A stretch of 64,000 nucleotides of DNA from Candidatus Omnitrophota bacterium (GTDB taxonomy: Bacteria; Omnitrophota; Gorgyraeia; 2-01-FULL-45-10). Below the pieces are notes generated by a model, which ran no database searches, was not told the DNA's origin, and was given only the letters and a program-made list of their open reading frames with translations. The position numbers and the translations under genes are program-made. The stretch spans positions 447-64,446 of the forward strand of contig JAPLME010000004.1 in NCBI GenBank assembly GCA_026387175.1, in the 5' to 3' direction. This document shows positions 29,474-38,088 of this stretch, in pieces. Every line of letters starts with the position of its first letter. Position 1 is the first letter of the stretch.

Positions 29474-30980
29474 AGAGATATTTATAAATGTTACTCAACA
29501 CGAAAAAAGGATAGCTGTCCTTGAGAATAAGCGTATCGAAGAGTTTTACACGGAGCGTCTCGACGATGTGAACCTCGTAGGAAATATTTATAAGGGCAGG
29601 GTCGAATCCGTATTGCCGGGTATGGGCGCGGCATTTGTCGACATCGGTTTAGAGAAGAACGGTTTTCTGTATGTAACGGATGTAGTGCCCGGCATGGGGA
29701 GCTATGAGAAGCTTCTGGAAGAGGGCGTGGGAGAGGAAGACGTTAAGAAGGCCGAGAGACAGAAGAAACTTCCGCCGATAAACCAGCTGTTGAAAAAAGG
29801 CGACGAGGTGCTTACCCAGATAGTGAAGGAACCCATAAGCACAAAAGGCGCGCGCCTGACGACCCATATAAGCATACCGGGCAGGTTCCTGGTCCTTATG
29901 CCATTCGACAACCATATAGGCCTTTCGAAGCGGATCGAATCGCGGGAAGAGCGCGACAGGATAAGGGCCATCATCGAAAATTTGAAGCTGCCTAAGGATC
30001 TCGGTTTCATCGTGAGGACAGCCGCGCAAGGGGCGAGCGATAAAGATTTCTTCAGGGAGTCCAGGTATCTTATCAATCTCTGGAACAATATAAAGTCTAA
30101 GACAAGAAAGGCGAAAGCTCCCGCCCTCATACATCCCGAATATGACCTGATATTGAGAGTTGCCAGGGACATATTTACAAGCGATGTGGGCAGGCTGGAG
30201 GTGGATTCAAAAGACGATTTCAGAAGGATCTCGCGCTTTTTAAATATACTGGCGCCTCACTTAAAGTCCAGGTTGAAGCTTTATCAGGACAAGGAGCCTA
30301 TATTCGAGAAGTTCGAGATAGAGAAACAGATCGAGAAGATATACGATAGGATCGTGCAATTAAAGAGCGGCGGCTATCTCATATTCGAGCAGACGGAGAG
30401 CCTTGTCGCGATAGATGTTAACTCGGGTAAATTCATCGGCAGGAAGAACCTGGAAGACACGGCATTCAAGACCAATATAGAGGCTGCGGAGGAGGTGCCA
30501 CGGCAGTTGAAGCTGAGGGACCTCGGAGGCATAATAATAATCGATTTCATAGATATGGATTATGCCGACCACAGAAAGTCAGTATTCAAGACGCTTGAAA
30601 GGCGCCTTGAGGATGATAAGGCCAAGACGAATATTCTGAACATTTCAAGCATAGGGCTTGTTGAGATGACGCGCCAGAGGGTGCGCGAGTCGATCGAGTC
30701 GAAGAGCTATCAGAAATGCCCGTATTGCAACGGCCGCGGCATCGTGAAGTCGATATCGACTATATCTATCGAGCTCATCAGGAAACTCGAGTATGTGCTG
30801 CAGAATACAAGGTCGAGGGAGCTGTTCGTTTCGATGCATCCGGAAGTGGCATATTATGTCTCAAGCCCTGAAAAAAATATGGTAAAATCACTAGAAAGGC
30901 GCTTCAGGAAGAGTATAAGGATAATAGAAGACCCCAATATCCATATCGAAGAGATAAAGATAGAGCAACGGAACGCTTGA
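29466..30980 (+). CDS. rng: RNase G/E family ribonuclease
   Basis: VGNIYKGRV..VLPGMGAAFVDIG, KGARLT, IDVNSG, LGGIIIIDFIDM, CPYCNGRG. Confidence 0.94.
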   Translation: MHKEIFINVTQHEKRIAVLENKRIEEFYTERLDDVNLVGNIYKGRVESVLPGMGAAFVDIGLEKNGFLYVTDVVPGMGSYEKLLEEGVGEEDVKKAERQKKLPPINQLLKKGDEVLTQIVKEPISTKGARLTTHISIPGRFLVLMPFDNHIGLSKRIESREERDRIRAIIENLKLPKDLGFIVRTAAQGASDKDFFRESRYLINLWNNIKSKTRKAKAPALIHPEYDLILRVARDIFTSDVGRLEVDSKDDFRRISRFLNILAPHLKSRLKLYQDKEPIFEKFEIEKQIEKIYDRIVQLKSGGYLIFEQTESLVAIDVNSGKFIGRKNLEDTAFKTNIEAAEEVPRQLKLRDLGGIIIIDFIDMDYADHRKSVFKTLERRLEDDKAKTNILNISSIGLVEMTRQRVRESIESKSYQKCPYCNGRGIVKSISTISIELIRKLEYVLQNTRSRELFVSMHPEVAYYVSSPEKNMVKSLERRFRKSIRIIEDPNIHIEEIKIEQRNA

Positions 30981-31005
30981 CCGATGCTTGATATTATGCT
31001 ATATT
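30977..31005 (+). promoter_or_regulatory. promoter of rplU-rpmA-obgE
   Basis: TTGACC-17 nt-TATATT with extended TG. Confidence 0.55.
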
Positions 31006-31055
31006 ATCCGGTCTGTAACCCTTATAATCAACTACAAAAGATCCGGAGGTATTAA

Positions 31056-31382
31056 ATGTTCGCTGTAATCAGTGCTGGCGGTAAGCAGTATAAAGTAACG
31101 AAGAATGACGTTTTCTCCGTGGAGAGAATGGATGTGAAGGCCGGCGAAGAGATCAAACTTGATAAGGTGCTTCTGTCCAAAGAGGGGAACTCCACTCATA
31201 TAGGCAATCCTTATCTTAAGGGTTCGCATGTGGTATGCGAGGTCCTGCGCCAGGAGAGAGAAGCCAAGGTAATAGCTTATAAATATAAGAAACGAAAGAG
31301 CGAGAAGAAGAAGATAGGCCACAGGCGCGATGTCACAGTGCTCAAAGTGAAAGAAATCGAGATAGCGAAAGGCGACAAATAA
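31056..31382 (+). CDS. rplU: 50S ribosomal protein L21
   Basis: MFAVI..GGKQYKV, IG.PY, K.KKRK....IGHR. Confidence 0.96.
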   Translation: MFAVISAGGKQYKVTKNDVFSVERMDVKAGEEIKLDKVLLSKEGNSTHIGNPYLKGSHVVCEVLRQEREAKVIAYKYKKRKSEKKKIGHRRDVTVLKVKEIEIAKGDK

Positions 31383-31612
31383 TGGCACACATGGTAAATG
31401 GCCGCGACGGTCAACCTAAGACCCGAAGCGTAAAAAAATATAAAGGCGAGGTCGTTAAGGCCGGTAATATAATCGTAAGGCAGAAGGGCCGGCGTTTCAG
31501 GCCCGGAGCCAATGTAGGGATAGGCAGGGACGATACGCTCTTCGCGCTGGTTTCCGGCGTGGTGAATTTCAAGCCCAATAAAGTAGTAAGCGTAATTCCT
31601 AACGAGAAATAA
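31382..31612 (+). CDS. rpmA: 50S ribosomal protein L27 (shortened N-terminus)
   Basis: [28 protein letters not shown]; follows rplU. Confidence 0.95.
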   Translation: MAHMVNGRDGQPKTRSVKKYKGEVVKAGNIIVRQKGRRFRPGANVGIGRDDTLFALVSGVVNFKPNKVVSVIPNEK

Positions 31613-32598
31613 TGTTCATAGATGAGGCTAGGATATATGTCAAGGCCGGTAACGGCGGTGACGGCTGCAGCAGCCTCTATAAGGATATATTCAATAGAAT
31701 AGGCAAACCCGACGGCGGCTTCGGCGGAGCAGGCGGGGACGTCGTCTTCGTCGTAGATCAGAATGTCCAGACCCTTCTGGACTTTCAATACAGGCAGCAT
31801 CACGAAGCGGAGCGCGGATACCACGGCAGCTCTAACCACAAAAAAGGCGCGCGGGGCAAGGACCTCATAATAAAAGTTCCTCCGGGCACCCTCATCAAGG
31901 ACTCCGACAGCGGCCTCGTCATACGCGATCTCACAATTATAGGCGATAAAGTAATAGTGGCAAAAGGCGGCGCCGGCGGCAGGGGAAATTCCCGTAACCA
32001 CGATGCGACAAAGGGAATTCCGGGTGAGGCCAAGACCGTGCTGCTCGAATTGAAGCTGATAGCGGATGCCGGGATAATAGGTTACCCCAATGCCGGAAAA
32101 TCCACGCTTATCTCCAGGATATCGAGCGCGCATCCCAAGATAGCAGGTTACCCGTTCACGACCAAGGAGCCCGTCCTGGGTGTGGTCAAGATCCATGAAG
32201 GGACCTCTTTCGTGGTCGCCGAGATACCCGGACTGATAGAGGGCGCGCATGAAGGCAGGGGCTTGGGTGACAAATTCCTCAGGCATATCGAGAGGACCAG
32301 GATCCTTATACATATGGTCGATATTTCGGCCTTCGAAGGCCGGGATCCTGTGCAGGATTACAGGAAATTAAATTACGAACTCAAGTCTTACAGTAAAGAG
32401 CTTTCGAAGAAGTTTCAGTTCATAGCATTGAACAAGATAGACAATCCCGATGCTGAGATTCATTTAAAGAAGTTCAGGAAGGCTTATCCGAAAAAGAAAG
32501 TTTACCCGATATCCGCGATCACGGGAAAAGGGGTGAAGGAGCTTCTGGGAGCTGCATATAAAAAAGCGATGAGCGTGAAGTGCGCCGCGAAAGAATAA
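31612..32598 (+). CDS. obgE: GTPase ObgE/CgtA
   Basis: MFIDEA.I.VKAGNGGDG, GYPNAGKST, YPFTT, PGLIEGAHEG.GLG..FLRHIERT, NKID. Confidence 0.96.
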   Translation: MFIDEARIYVKAGNGGDGCSSLYKDIFNRIGKPDGGFGGAGGDVVFVVDQNVQTLLDFQYRQHHEAERGYHGSSNHKKGARGKDLIIKVPPGTLIKDSDSGLVIRDLTIIGDKVIVAKGGAGGRGNSRNHDATKGIPGEAKTVLLELKLIADAGIIGYPNAGKSTLISRISSAHPKIAGYPFTTKEPVLGVVKIHEGTSFVVAEIPGLIEGAHEGRGLGDKFLRHIERTRILIHMVDISAFEGRDPVQDYRKLNYELKSYSKELSKKFQFIALNKIDNPDAEIHLKKFRKAYPKKKVYPISAITGKGVKELLGAAYKKAMSVKCAAKE

Positions 32599-32602
32599 GA
32601 CG

Positions 32603-33682
32603 ATGAGAATAGTAATAAAGATAGGGACCAAGGTCATAACGTCCAAGGACAGGGCTCTCGATAAAGAGCGCGTAAAGGATATGGTGTCTCAGATATCCGC
32701 TATACGTAAAAAAGGTATAGACGTGCTTATAGTGACGAGCGGCGCGATAGGTGCGGGAATGTGGCTCCTCGGTATCAAGAAGAGGCCGGCCGATCTTTCG
32801 GAACTGCAGGCCGTAGCCGCGATAGGGCAGAATTATCTGATGAAACTCTACGGTGAATATTTCAAGGCGCACGGTTCCCTCACAGGCCAGATACTGCTGA
32901 CGCAGGACGATTTCAATGACAGGAAAAGATATCTCAATATCAAACATACTATAGGCGCGCTTTTGAAATACAACGCGGTACCGATAATAAACGAGAACGA
33001 TACAGTAGCCACCGAAGAGATAAAATGCGGCGACAATGATCGTTTATCAAGCCTTGTAGCGGATATCGCAGGGTGCGATAAACTCATCCTTCTTACCGAC
33101 GTGGATGGCCTATTGGACGAGCATGGCTCTGTCATAGGCATGGTCGGCGAGGTGAATCAGAAGATACTGAAACTTGGCGGAAGGAGCGTTTGCGACCTGG
33201 GGACGGGCGGGATGGCGACTAAGCTTCAGTCCGCCAGGGCTGCCCAAAAAGCCGGCATCGAATGCATCATAGCTAACGGTAAGGCCAAGGACATACTTTC
33301 CAGGTTAGTTCTGGATGGTGATAGAGTCGGCACCAGGATCCTCAGCGCAAATAAAAAGTTCGACGCTAAGAAGCGCTGGATAGCTTACTCATCCATGTCC
33401 AGGGGGGCGATCAGGATCGATGACGGCGCCAGGACGGCGCTTATTCATCGCAATAAGAGTTTGCTGGCCTCCGGCATAGTCGAAGTCAGCGGCGATTTTG
33501 TGTCGGGCGACGTTATCAGCATATCGGATAAGGATGGGCATGAGTTCGCGAAGGGTCTTTCTAATTATTCGGCCGATGAGGTGGAGAAACTGAAAGGATT
33601 GAAATCCGTCGATTTCAAAAACGTGCTGGGATATAAAGCTAAGGACGAGATCGTCCATAAAGACAATCTGGTGATACTATGA
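32603..33682 (+). CDS. proB: glutamate 5-kinase
   Basis: IVIKIGT, VTSGAI, PIINENDTV, GDNDRLS, GTGGMATK, C-terminal PUA domain. Confidence 0.96.
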   Translation: MRIVIKIGTKVITSKDRALDKERVKDMVSQISAIRKKGIDVLIVTSGAIGAGMWLLGIKKRPADLSELQAVAAIGQNYLMKLYGEYFKAHGSLTGQILLTQDDFNDRKRYLNIKHTIGALLKYNAVPIINENDTVATEEIKCGDNDRLSSLVADIAGCDKLILLTDVDGLLDEHGSVIGMVGEVNQKILKLGGRSVCDLGTGGMATKLQSARAAQKAGIECIIANGKAKDILSRLVLDGDRVGTRILSANKKFDAKKRWIAYSSMSRGAIRIDDGARTALIHRNKSLLASGIVEVSGDFVSGDVISISDKDGHEFAKGLSNYSADEVEKLKGLKSVDFKNVLGYKAKDEIVHKDNLVIL

Positions 33683-34935
33683 TGTCCGCATATAATATAA
33701 AAAAAATATGCAGCGAAGTGAAGTCCGCATCGAGAGAGCTTGCTGTTACCGGTACGGAGGCCAAGAATAAGGCCCTCATCGCGATGAGTAAGGCCCTGAC
33801 GATAAGAGCTCCCTATATCATCAGGGAAAACAAAAAAGATCTTTCAACAGCCGTGCGAAAAGGGTTGTCGCCGGCGCTTATAGACCGGCTGCGGCTCACC
33901 GAATCAAGGATAGCCGGCATGGCGAAATCCCTGTCCGCGATCGCCCGGCTGAAAGACCCCATCGGCGAGGTCACCGAGACCAGGGGAAGGCCCAATGGTT
34001 TACTGATAAAAAAGATCAGGGTTCCTATTGGCGTGATACTGATAATCTACGAGGCGCGGCCCAACGTCACGAGCGACTGTATAGGGCTCTGTCTTAAATC
34101 TTCCAATGCTGTTATCTTGCGGGGCGGAAGCGAGGCGGTTAATTCCAATATAGCGATATTCAATGTCCTGAACGAAGTCGCGGTAGATGCCGGGTTACCG
34201 GACCATTCGATCGCGATAATTAAAGACACCGACAGGCGGGTCGTGGACGAGCTTCTTATACAAGAGGGCCTTATAGACCTTGTTATACCCAGAGGCGGCG
34301 AATCGCTTATACGCGAGGTCACCAGGAAGTCGAGGATACCCGTTATAAAACATTATAAGGGTGTCTGCCATACCTATGTCGATTCCGACGCGGACCTGAA
34401 GATGGCGGAAGATATCTGTTTTAATGCGAAAGTTCAGAGGCCCGGCGTATGCAACGCGATGGAGACGATGCTGGTCCACAGAAAAGTGGCGAAGAAGTTC
34501 CTTTTGCCTATGATAAAGCGTTTTATTGCCGCGGGCGTTGAGATCAGGGGATGTCCCGAGACGCGCCGCATTGTTCCTGGCTTAAAGAGAGCGGCGGAGA
34601 AGGACTGGTACACCGAGTATCTGGACCTTGTTTTATCCGTGAAGGTGGTGAAGGATGTCGATGAGGCTATCGCGCATATAATGAAATACGGCTCATACCA
34701 CTCGGACGCGATAGTGACTGAAAACAAGAAAAACGCCGGGAAATTCTTAAGCGAGGTCGATTCCGCATGTGTCTATCTGAACGCTTCGACAAGATTTACC
34801 GACGGCGGAGAGTTCGGCAAGGGCGCCGAGATGGGCATATCCACGGATAAGCTGCATGCGCGCGGCCCCATGGGCCTCGAGGAGCTGGCCTCATATAAGT
34901 ACGTGGTCTTCGGCACGGGACAGATCAGAAAATAG
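33679..34935 (+). CDS. proA: gamma-glutamyl phosphate reductase
   Basis: RVPIGVI.IIYEARPNVT, IPRGG, CNAMETML, NASTRFTDGGEFG, KLHARGPMGL. Confidence 0.97.
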   Translation: MMSAYNIKKICSEVKSASRELAVTGTEAKNKALIAMSKALTIRAPYIIRENKKDLSTAVRKGLSPALIDRLRLTESRIAGMAKSLSAIARLKDPIGEVTETRGRPNGLLIKKIRVPIGVILIIYEARPNVTSDCIGLCLKSSNAVILRGGSEAVNSNIAIFNVLNEVAVDAGLPDHSIAIIKDTDRRVVDELLIQEGLIDLVIPRGGESLIREVTRKSRIPVIKHYKGVCHTYVDSDADLKMAEDICFNAKVQRPGVCNAMETMLVHRKVAKKFLLPMIKRFIAAGVEIRGCPETRRIVPGLKRAAEKDWYTEYLDLVLSVKVVKDVDEAIAHIMKYGSYHSDAIVTENKKNAGKFLSEVDSACVYLNASTRFTDGGEFGKGAEMGISTDKLHARGPMGLEELASYKYVVFGTGQIRK

Positions 34936-35040
34936 GCCGATGCCAGAGACATCGGCACTTAGCCTGCAATACGGCTGAATAAACTAGGCCGATATCAGAG
35001 ATATCGGCACTTAGCCTACAATGCGGCTGAATAAACTAGG
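34933..35040. repeat. tandem 2 x 52-bp double-hairpin repeat between proA and nadD
   Basis: Units 34933-34984 and 34985-35036 (47/52 identical) plus a TAGG partial third start; each has GCCGAT..ATCGGC and AGCC..GGCT hairpins. Confidence 0.9.
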
Positions 35041-35049
35041 AGTTTAGGC

Positions 35050-35622
35050 ATGATGAGAATCGGGATACTCGGAGGGACATTTAATCCGATCCATATAGGG
35101 CATCTTATACTGGCTGATGAAGCTCTCTCAAAGTTAAAGCTGGATAAGGTGGTCTTCGTCCCGTCGTATATGCCGCCCCACAAGAGTGTCGAAACCGGCA
35201 TTAAGCCTCAGGACCGCCTCAAGATGGTCGAACTTGCGATAGGGGATAATCCGTCTTTCGAGGTCTCGAATTTTGAAATAGGCCGGAAGAAGACATCATA
35301 TTCCATTGATACCCTGAAAGAGTTTCGCGCCAAACATGGCGACGACGTCCAGCTATATTTCATAACGGGCTCGGACCTTCTAAAGGACCTGTTCTCATGG
35401 AAGAGCGTTAACGATATATTCAAGATATCTAAATTCATAGTCGCCAACCGCCCGGGATATCCCGTGAAGGATGTTCCTAAAGAGGTGGAGACCGTAGTGA
35501 TAACGCCCATCGAGGTGTCGTCCGAGGATATACGGAGGCGCCTCAAGGCCGGAAAGTCCATAAGATACCTTGTGCCGGAAAAGGTGCGCAGTTATATCAT
35601 TGAGCGGGGGTTGTATAAATAA
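35050..35622 (+). CDS. nadD: nicotinate-nucleotide adenylyltransferase
   Basis: GILGGTFNPIHIGHL, PPHK, SYSIDT, FITGSD, VSS..IR. Confidence 0.96.
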   Translation: MMRIGILGGTFNPIHIGHLILADEALSKLKLDKVVFVPSYMPPHKSVETGIKPQDRLKMVELAIGDNPSFEVSNFEIGRKKTSYSIDTLKEFRAKHGDDVQLYFITGSDLLKDLFSWKSVNDIFKISKFIVANRPGYPVKDVPKEVETVVITPIEVSSEDIRRRLKAGKSIRYLVPEKVRSYIIERGLYK

Positions 35623-35635
35623 GTAGCAGTTTCCC

Positions 35636-35664
35636 TTGACGATAGCGGCGTTTAAGGTTATAAT
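35636..35664 (+). promoter_or_regulatory. sigma70 promoter
   Basis: TTGACG-17 nt-TATAAT. Confidence 0.7.
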
Positions 35665-35712
35665 TGAATAAAATTTAAGTATCAAGCTCAATTTTTAAGG
35701 GGGTGATATCAG

Positions 35713-35856
35713 ATGGCCGAGATAGGATATTGCGTAAAGTGTAAATCCAAGAAAGAGATGAAAGATACTCAACAAGTCACGATGAAGAATAAGAGAACAG
35801 CGATGAAGGGGAAGTGCACGACTTGTAATACCGGAATGTATAAGATAATGAAGTAA
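35713..35856 (+). CDS. 47-aa DUF5679-like zinc-ribbon protein (not in ORF track)
   Basis: SD AAGGGGGTGA; MAEIGYCVKCKSKKEMKDTQQVTMKNKRTAMKGKCTTCNTGMYKIMK. Confidence 0.85.
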   Translation: MAEIGYCVKCKSKKEMKDTQQVTMKNKRTAMKGKCTTCNTGMYKIMK

Positions 35857-35862
35857 TGCCAC

Positions 35863-35918
35863 GATTACACAGATTAGAAGTAAGCTTTGCAGCTAGCTGA
35901 TCTGTGTAATCTTTTTAT
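35863..35918 (+). terminator. long hairpin with U-tract after the DUF5679-like gene
   Basis: GATTACACAGATTAG...CTGATCTGTGTAATC followed by TTTTTAT. Confidence 0.7.
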
Positions 35919-35940
35919 GGGCCAAAAAAGGAGCATAGCG

Positions 35941-36399
35941 ATCGACTCTAAACGTAAAGCGTTAATTATGGCTGAAGCTGCTTCGGATAAAAAAGGCATC
36001 GATATAATCACTATAAAGATGAGGAAGGTGTCAGGTATATGCGATTATTTCGTGATAGCCACCGGTACTTCCACTACACATGTTCGCGCGATCTCCGATA
36101 ACATTATCAAGCAGTTAAGGGAGAAAGGCGCTAAACTCAGGCATATAGAGGGCGAGAGAGAAGCTTCGTGGATACTGGCGGACTTCGGCGACGTGGTCGG
36201 CCATATATTCCTGAAAGATACGCGTAAGTTCTACGATCTCGAGAAGCTTTGGGCCAAGGCTCCCCAAACCAGGTTCGAGGAACCGGAGCCCTCGAAGCGA
36301 AAACCCCTAAAAAAAGTAGTAAAGAAAGCCGTAAAGAAACCCGTGCGTAAAGCCGCGAAGAAGCCCAGGAAAAAGGCCCGAAAGAAGAACAAAAAATAG
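35941..36399 (+). CDS. rsfS: ribosome silencing factor RsfS with Lys-rich C-terminal tail (start uncertain: ATC 35941 or ATG 35917)
   Basis: DKKG.DI, DYFVIATGTS..HVRAI, EG....W.L.DFGDVV.HIF....R.FYDLEKLW. Confidence 0.92.
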   Translation: MDSKRKALIMAEAASDKKGIDIITIKMRKVSGICDYFVIATGTSTTHVRAISDNIIKQLREKGAKLRHIEGEREASWILADFGDVVGHIFLKDTRKFYDLEKLWAKAPQTRFEEPEPSKRKPLKKVVKKAVKKPVRKAAKKPRKKARKKNKK

Positions 36400-36403
36400 A
36401 TCA

Positions 36404-38086
36404 ATGCATTATGGCGAGATTGAAAAAAATATAACGTTGGTTTTAGAGAGCTCTCTTCAATCGGTGCTCTCGCGCCTCAGTGTCCAGCCCCCGTCACCCC
36501 AGGAAATAAAGATCGAATTAGAGATACCTAAAGAGAGGTCCCATGGCGACCTCTCTTCAAATATCGCCTTAAGGATCTCCAAGCTTGCCTCAAAACCGCC
36601 GGTTGAATTCGCGAATCTGTTAAAGGCAAAACTCGAAGAGTCTATCCCGTCATCGCCTTTAAAAGGCGCTATCGACCGGGTCGAGGTGAAGGGGCCCGGT
36701 TTTATAAACTTTTTTGTCAGCAAGGATTTTTTATCGGGTATTCTGCTGGAGATCCTGAAAGAAGATAGTAATTTCGGCAGTTCGAATATCGCCGGGCCCG
36801 TAAAGATGCAGATAGAGTTTGTCAGCGCGAACCCGACGGGCCCGCTTACGATAGCGCATGCCAGGCAGGCCGCGTTAGGCGACAGCCTTGCGAACATTAT
36901 GACCTTCCTCGGATACGATGTGACCAGGGAATATTATCTTAACGATGAAGGCAATCAGATGAATATGCTCGGGCTCTCCATACGCTCGCGATACCTGAGC
37001 CTCTGCGGAGTCGATGAACCGCTGCCCGATGACGGCTATAAAGGGTCTTATGTGATCGATATAGCGAAAGATTTCATGAAGGAACACGGAAAAGATCACG
37101 TAAAGACGAAAGAGACAGATATATTCAGGGAGTTCGGACTCCAGTGGATACTGGAGGGTATAAAGAAGGACCTTGACGATTTCGGCGTAAAGTTCGATGT
37201 CTGGTACAGCCAGAAGTCCCTGAGGGAATCCGGAAAAGTTGAGAAAGCTATCGACACCCTTAGGGGTAAGGGCTTCATATATGAAAGCGAAGGGGCGGTA
37301 TGGTTTAAGTCGACTCTTTTCGGCGACGATAAAGACAGGGTTATATATAAATCCGATGGAAGCGCTACTTACCTTACACCCGATATAGCGTATCACCTGG
37401 AAAAGTTCAACAGGGGATTCAAAAAGTTGATCGATATATGGGGCCCGGACCATCATGGCTATATCCCCAGGATCAAGGCCGCCATAAAGGCTCTGGGATA
37501 CCCCGAAGACTCTCTTTCGGTGCTGATAGTGCAGCTCGCCACTTTGTACAGGAACGGCCAGGTGGCCTCTATGTCGACGAGGGCCGGGGAATTCGTGACC
37601 CTAAGAGAGGTCATGGACGAGGTCGGTAAGGACGTCTCCAGGTTCTGTTTCATAATGAGGAGGATGTCGAGCCATCTGGAGTTCGACCTGGACGTGGTCA
37701 AGAAGGAATCCGCGGAGAACCCCGTCTATTACATCCAGTACGCGCACGCGCGCATCTGGTCGATACTGGAGTATGGCAAAGGCGCCGACATATCCGCCGA
37801 ATTCGATCCGGGCCTGCTGAAGTCTCCGGAAGAGATAGAGATCATGCGCATGCTCAGACAATTCCCCTTGATAGTGGTATCGAGCGCCAGGACCCTTGAG
37901 CCCTATGTGGTCCTGCAGTATCTTCAGGACCTGGCAGGATCGTTCCATTCTTTTTATAATAAACACAGGGTTGTGAGTGACGACCCGCGCCTGACGAAGT
38001 CCAGGGTAGTGCTGGTCGATTGCGTCAGGGTAGTGCTCGCCAACGGTTTACGTTTATTGGGAGTTTCGCTTCCCAAGAAGATGTAA
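36404..38086 (+). CDS. argS: arginine--tRNA ligase
   Basis: HGDLSSN, GPGFINF, EFVSANPTGPL, REYYLND.G.Q, GDDKDRV, WGPDHHGY, NPVYYIQYAHAR. Confidence 0.97.
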   Translation: MHYGEIEKNITLVLESSLQSVLSRLSVQPPSPQEIKIELEIPKERSHGDLSSNIALRISKLASKPPVEFANLLKAKLEESIPSSPLKGAIDRVEVKGPGFINFFVSKDFLSGILLEILKEDSNFGSSNIAGPVKMQIEFVSANPTGPLTIAHARQAALGDSLANIMTFLGYDVTREYYLNDEGNQMNMLGLSIRSRYLSLCGVDEPLPDDGYKGSYVIDIAKDFMKEHGKDHVKTKETDIFREFGLQWILEGIKKDLDDFGVKFDVWYSQKSLRESGKVEKAIDTLRGKGFIYESEGAVWFKSTLFGDDKDRVIYKSDGSATYLTPDIAYHLEKFNRGFKKLIDIWGPDHHGYIPRIKAAIKALGYPEDSLSVLIVQLATLYRNGQVASMSTRAGEFVTLREVMDEVGKDVSRFCFIMRRMSSHLEFDLDVVKKESAENPVYYIQYAHARIWSILEYGKGADISAEFDPGLLKSPEEIEIMRMLRQFPLIVVSSARTLEPYVVLQYLQDLAGSFHSFYNKHRVVSDDPRLTKSRVVLVDCVRVVLANGLRLLGVSLPKKM

Positions 38087-38088
38087 CA

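Noticed and set aside
31411-32313. 300-aa antisense ORF over rpmA/obgE, and many similar minus-strand ORFs across the window
   Set aside because: Antisense shadows of well-conserved plus-strand genes, with no motifs or RBS
34933-35040. Tandem repeat as a mini CRISPR array
   Set aside because: Units are contiguous with no unique spacers, and there are no cas genes in the window
38020-38088. Upstream TTG start for mfd
   Set aside because: It overlaps the argS 3' end and adds no Mfd-like sequence; GTG 38089 follows the argS stop directly
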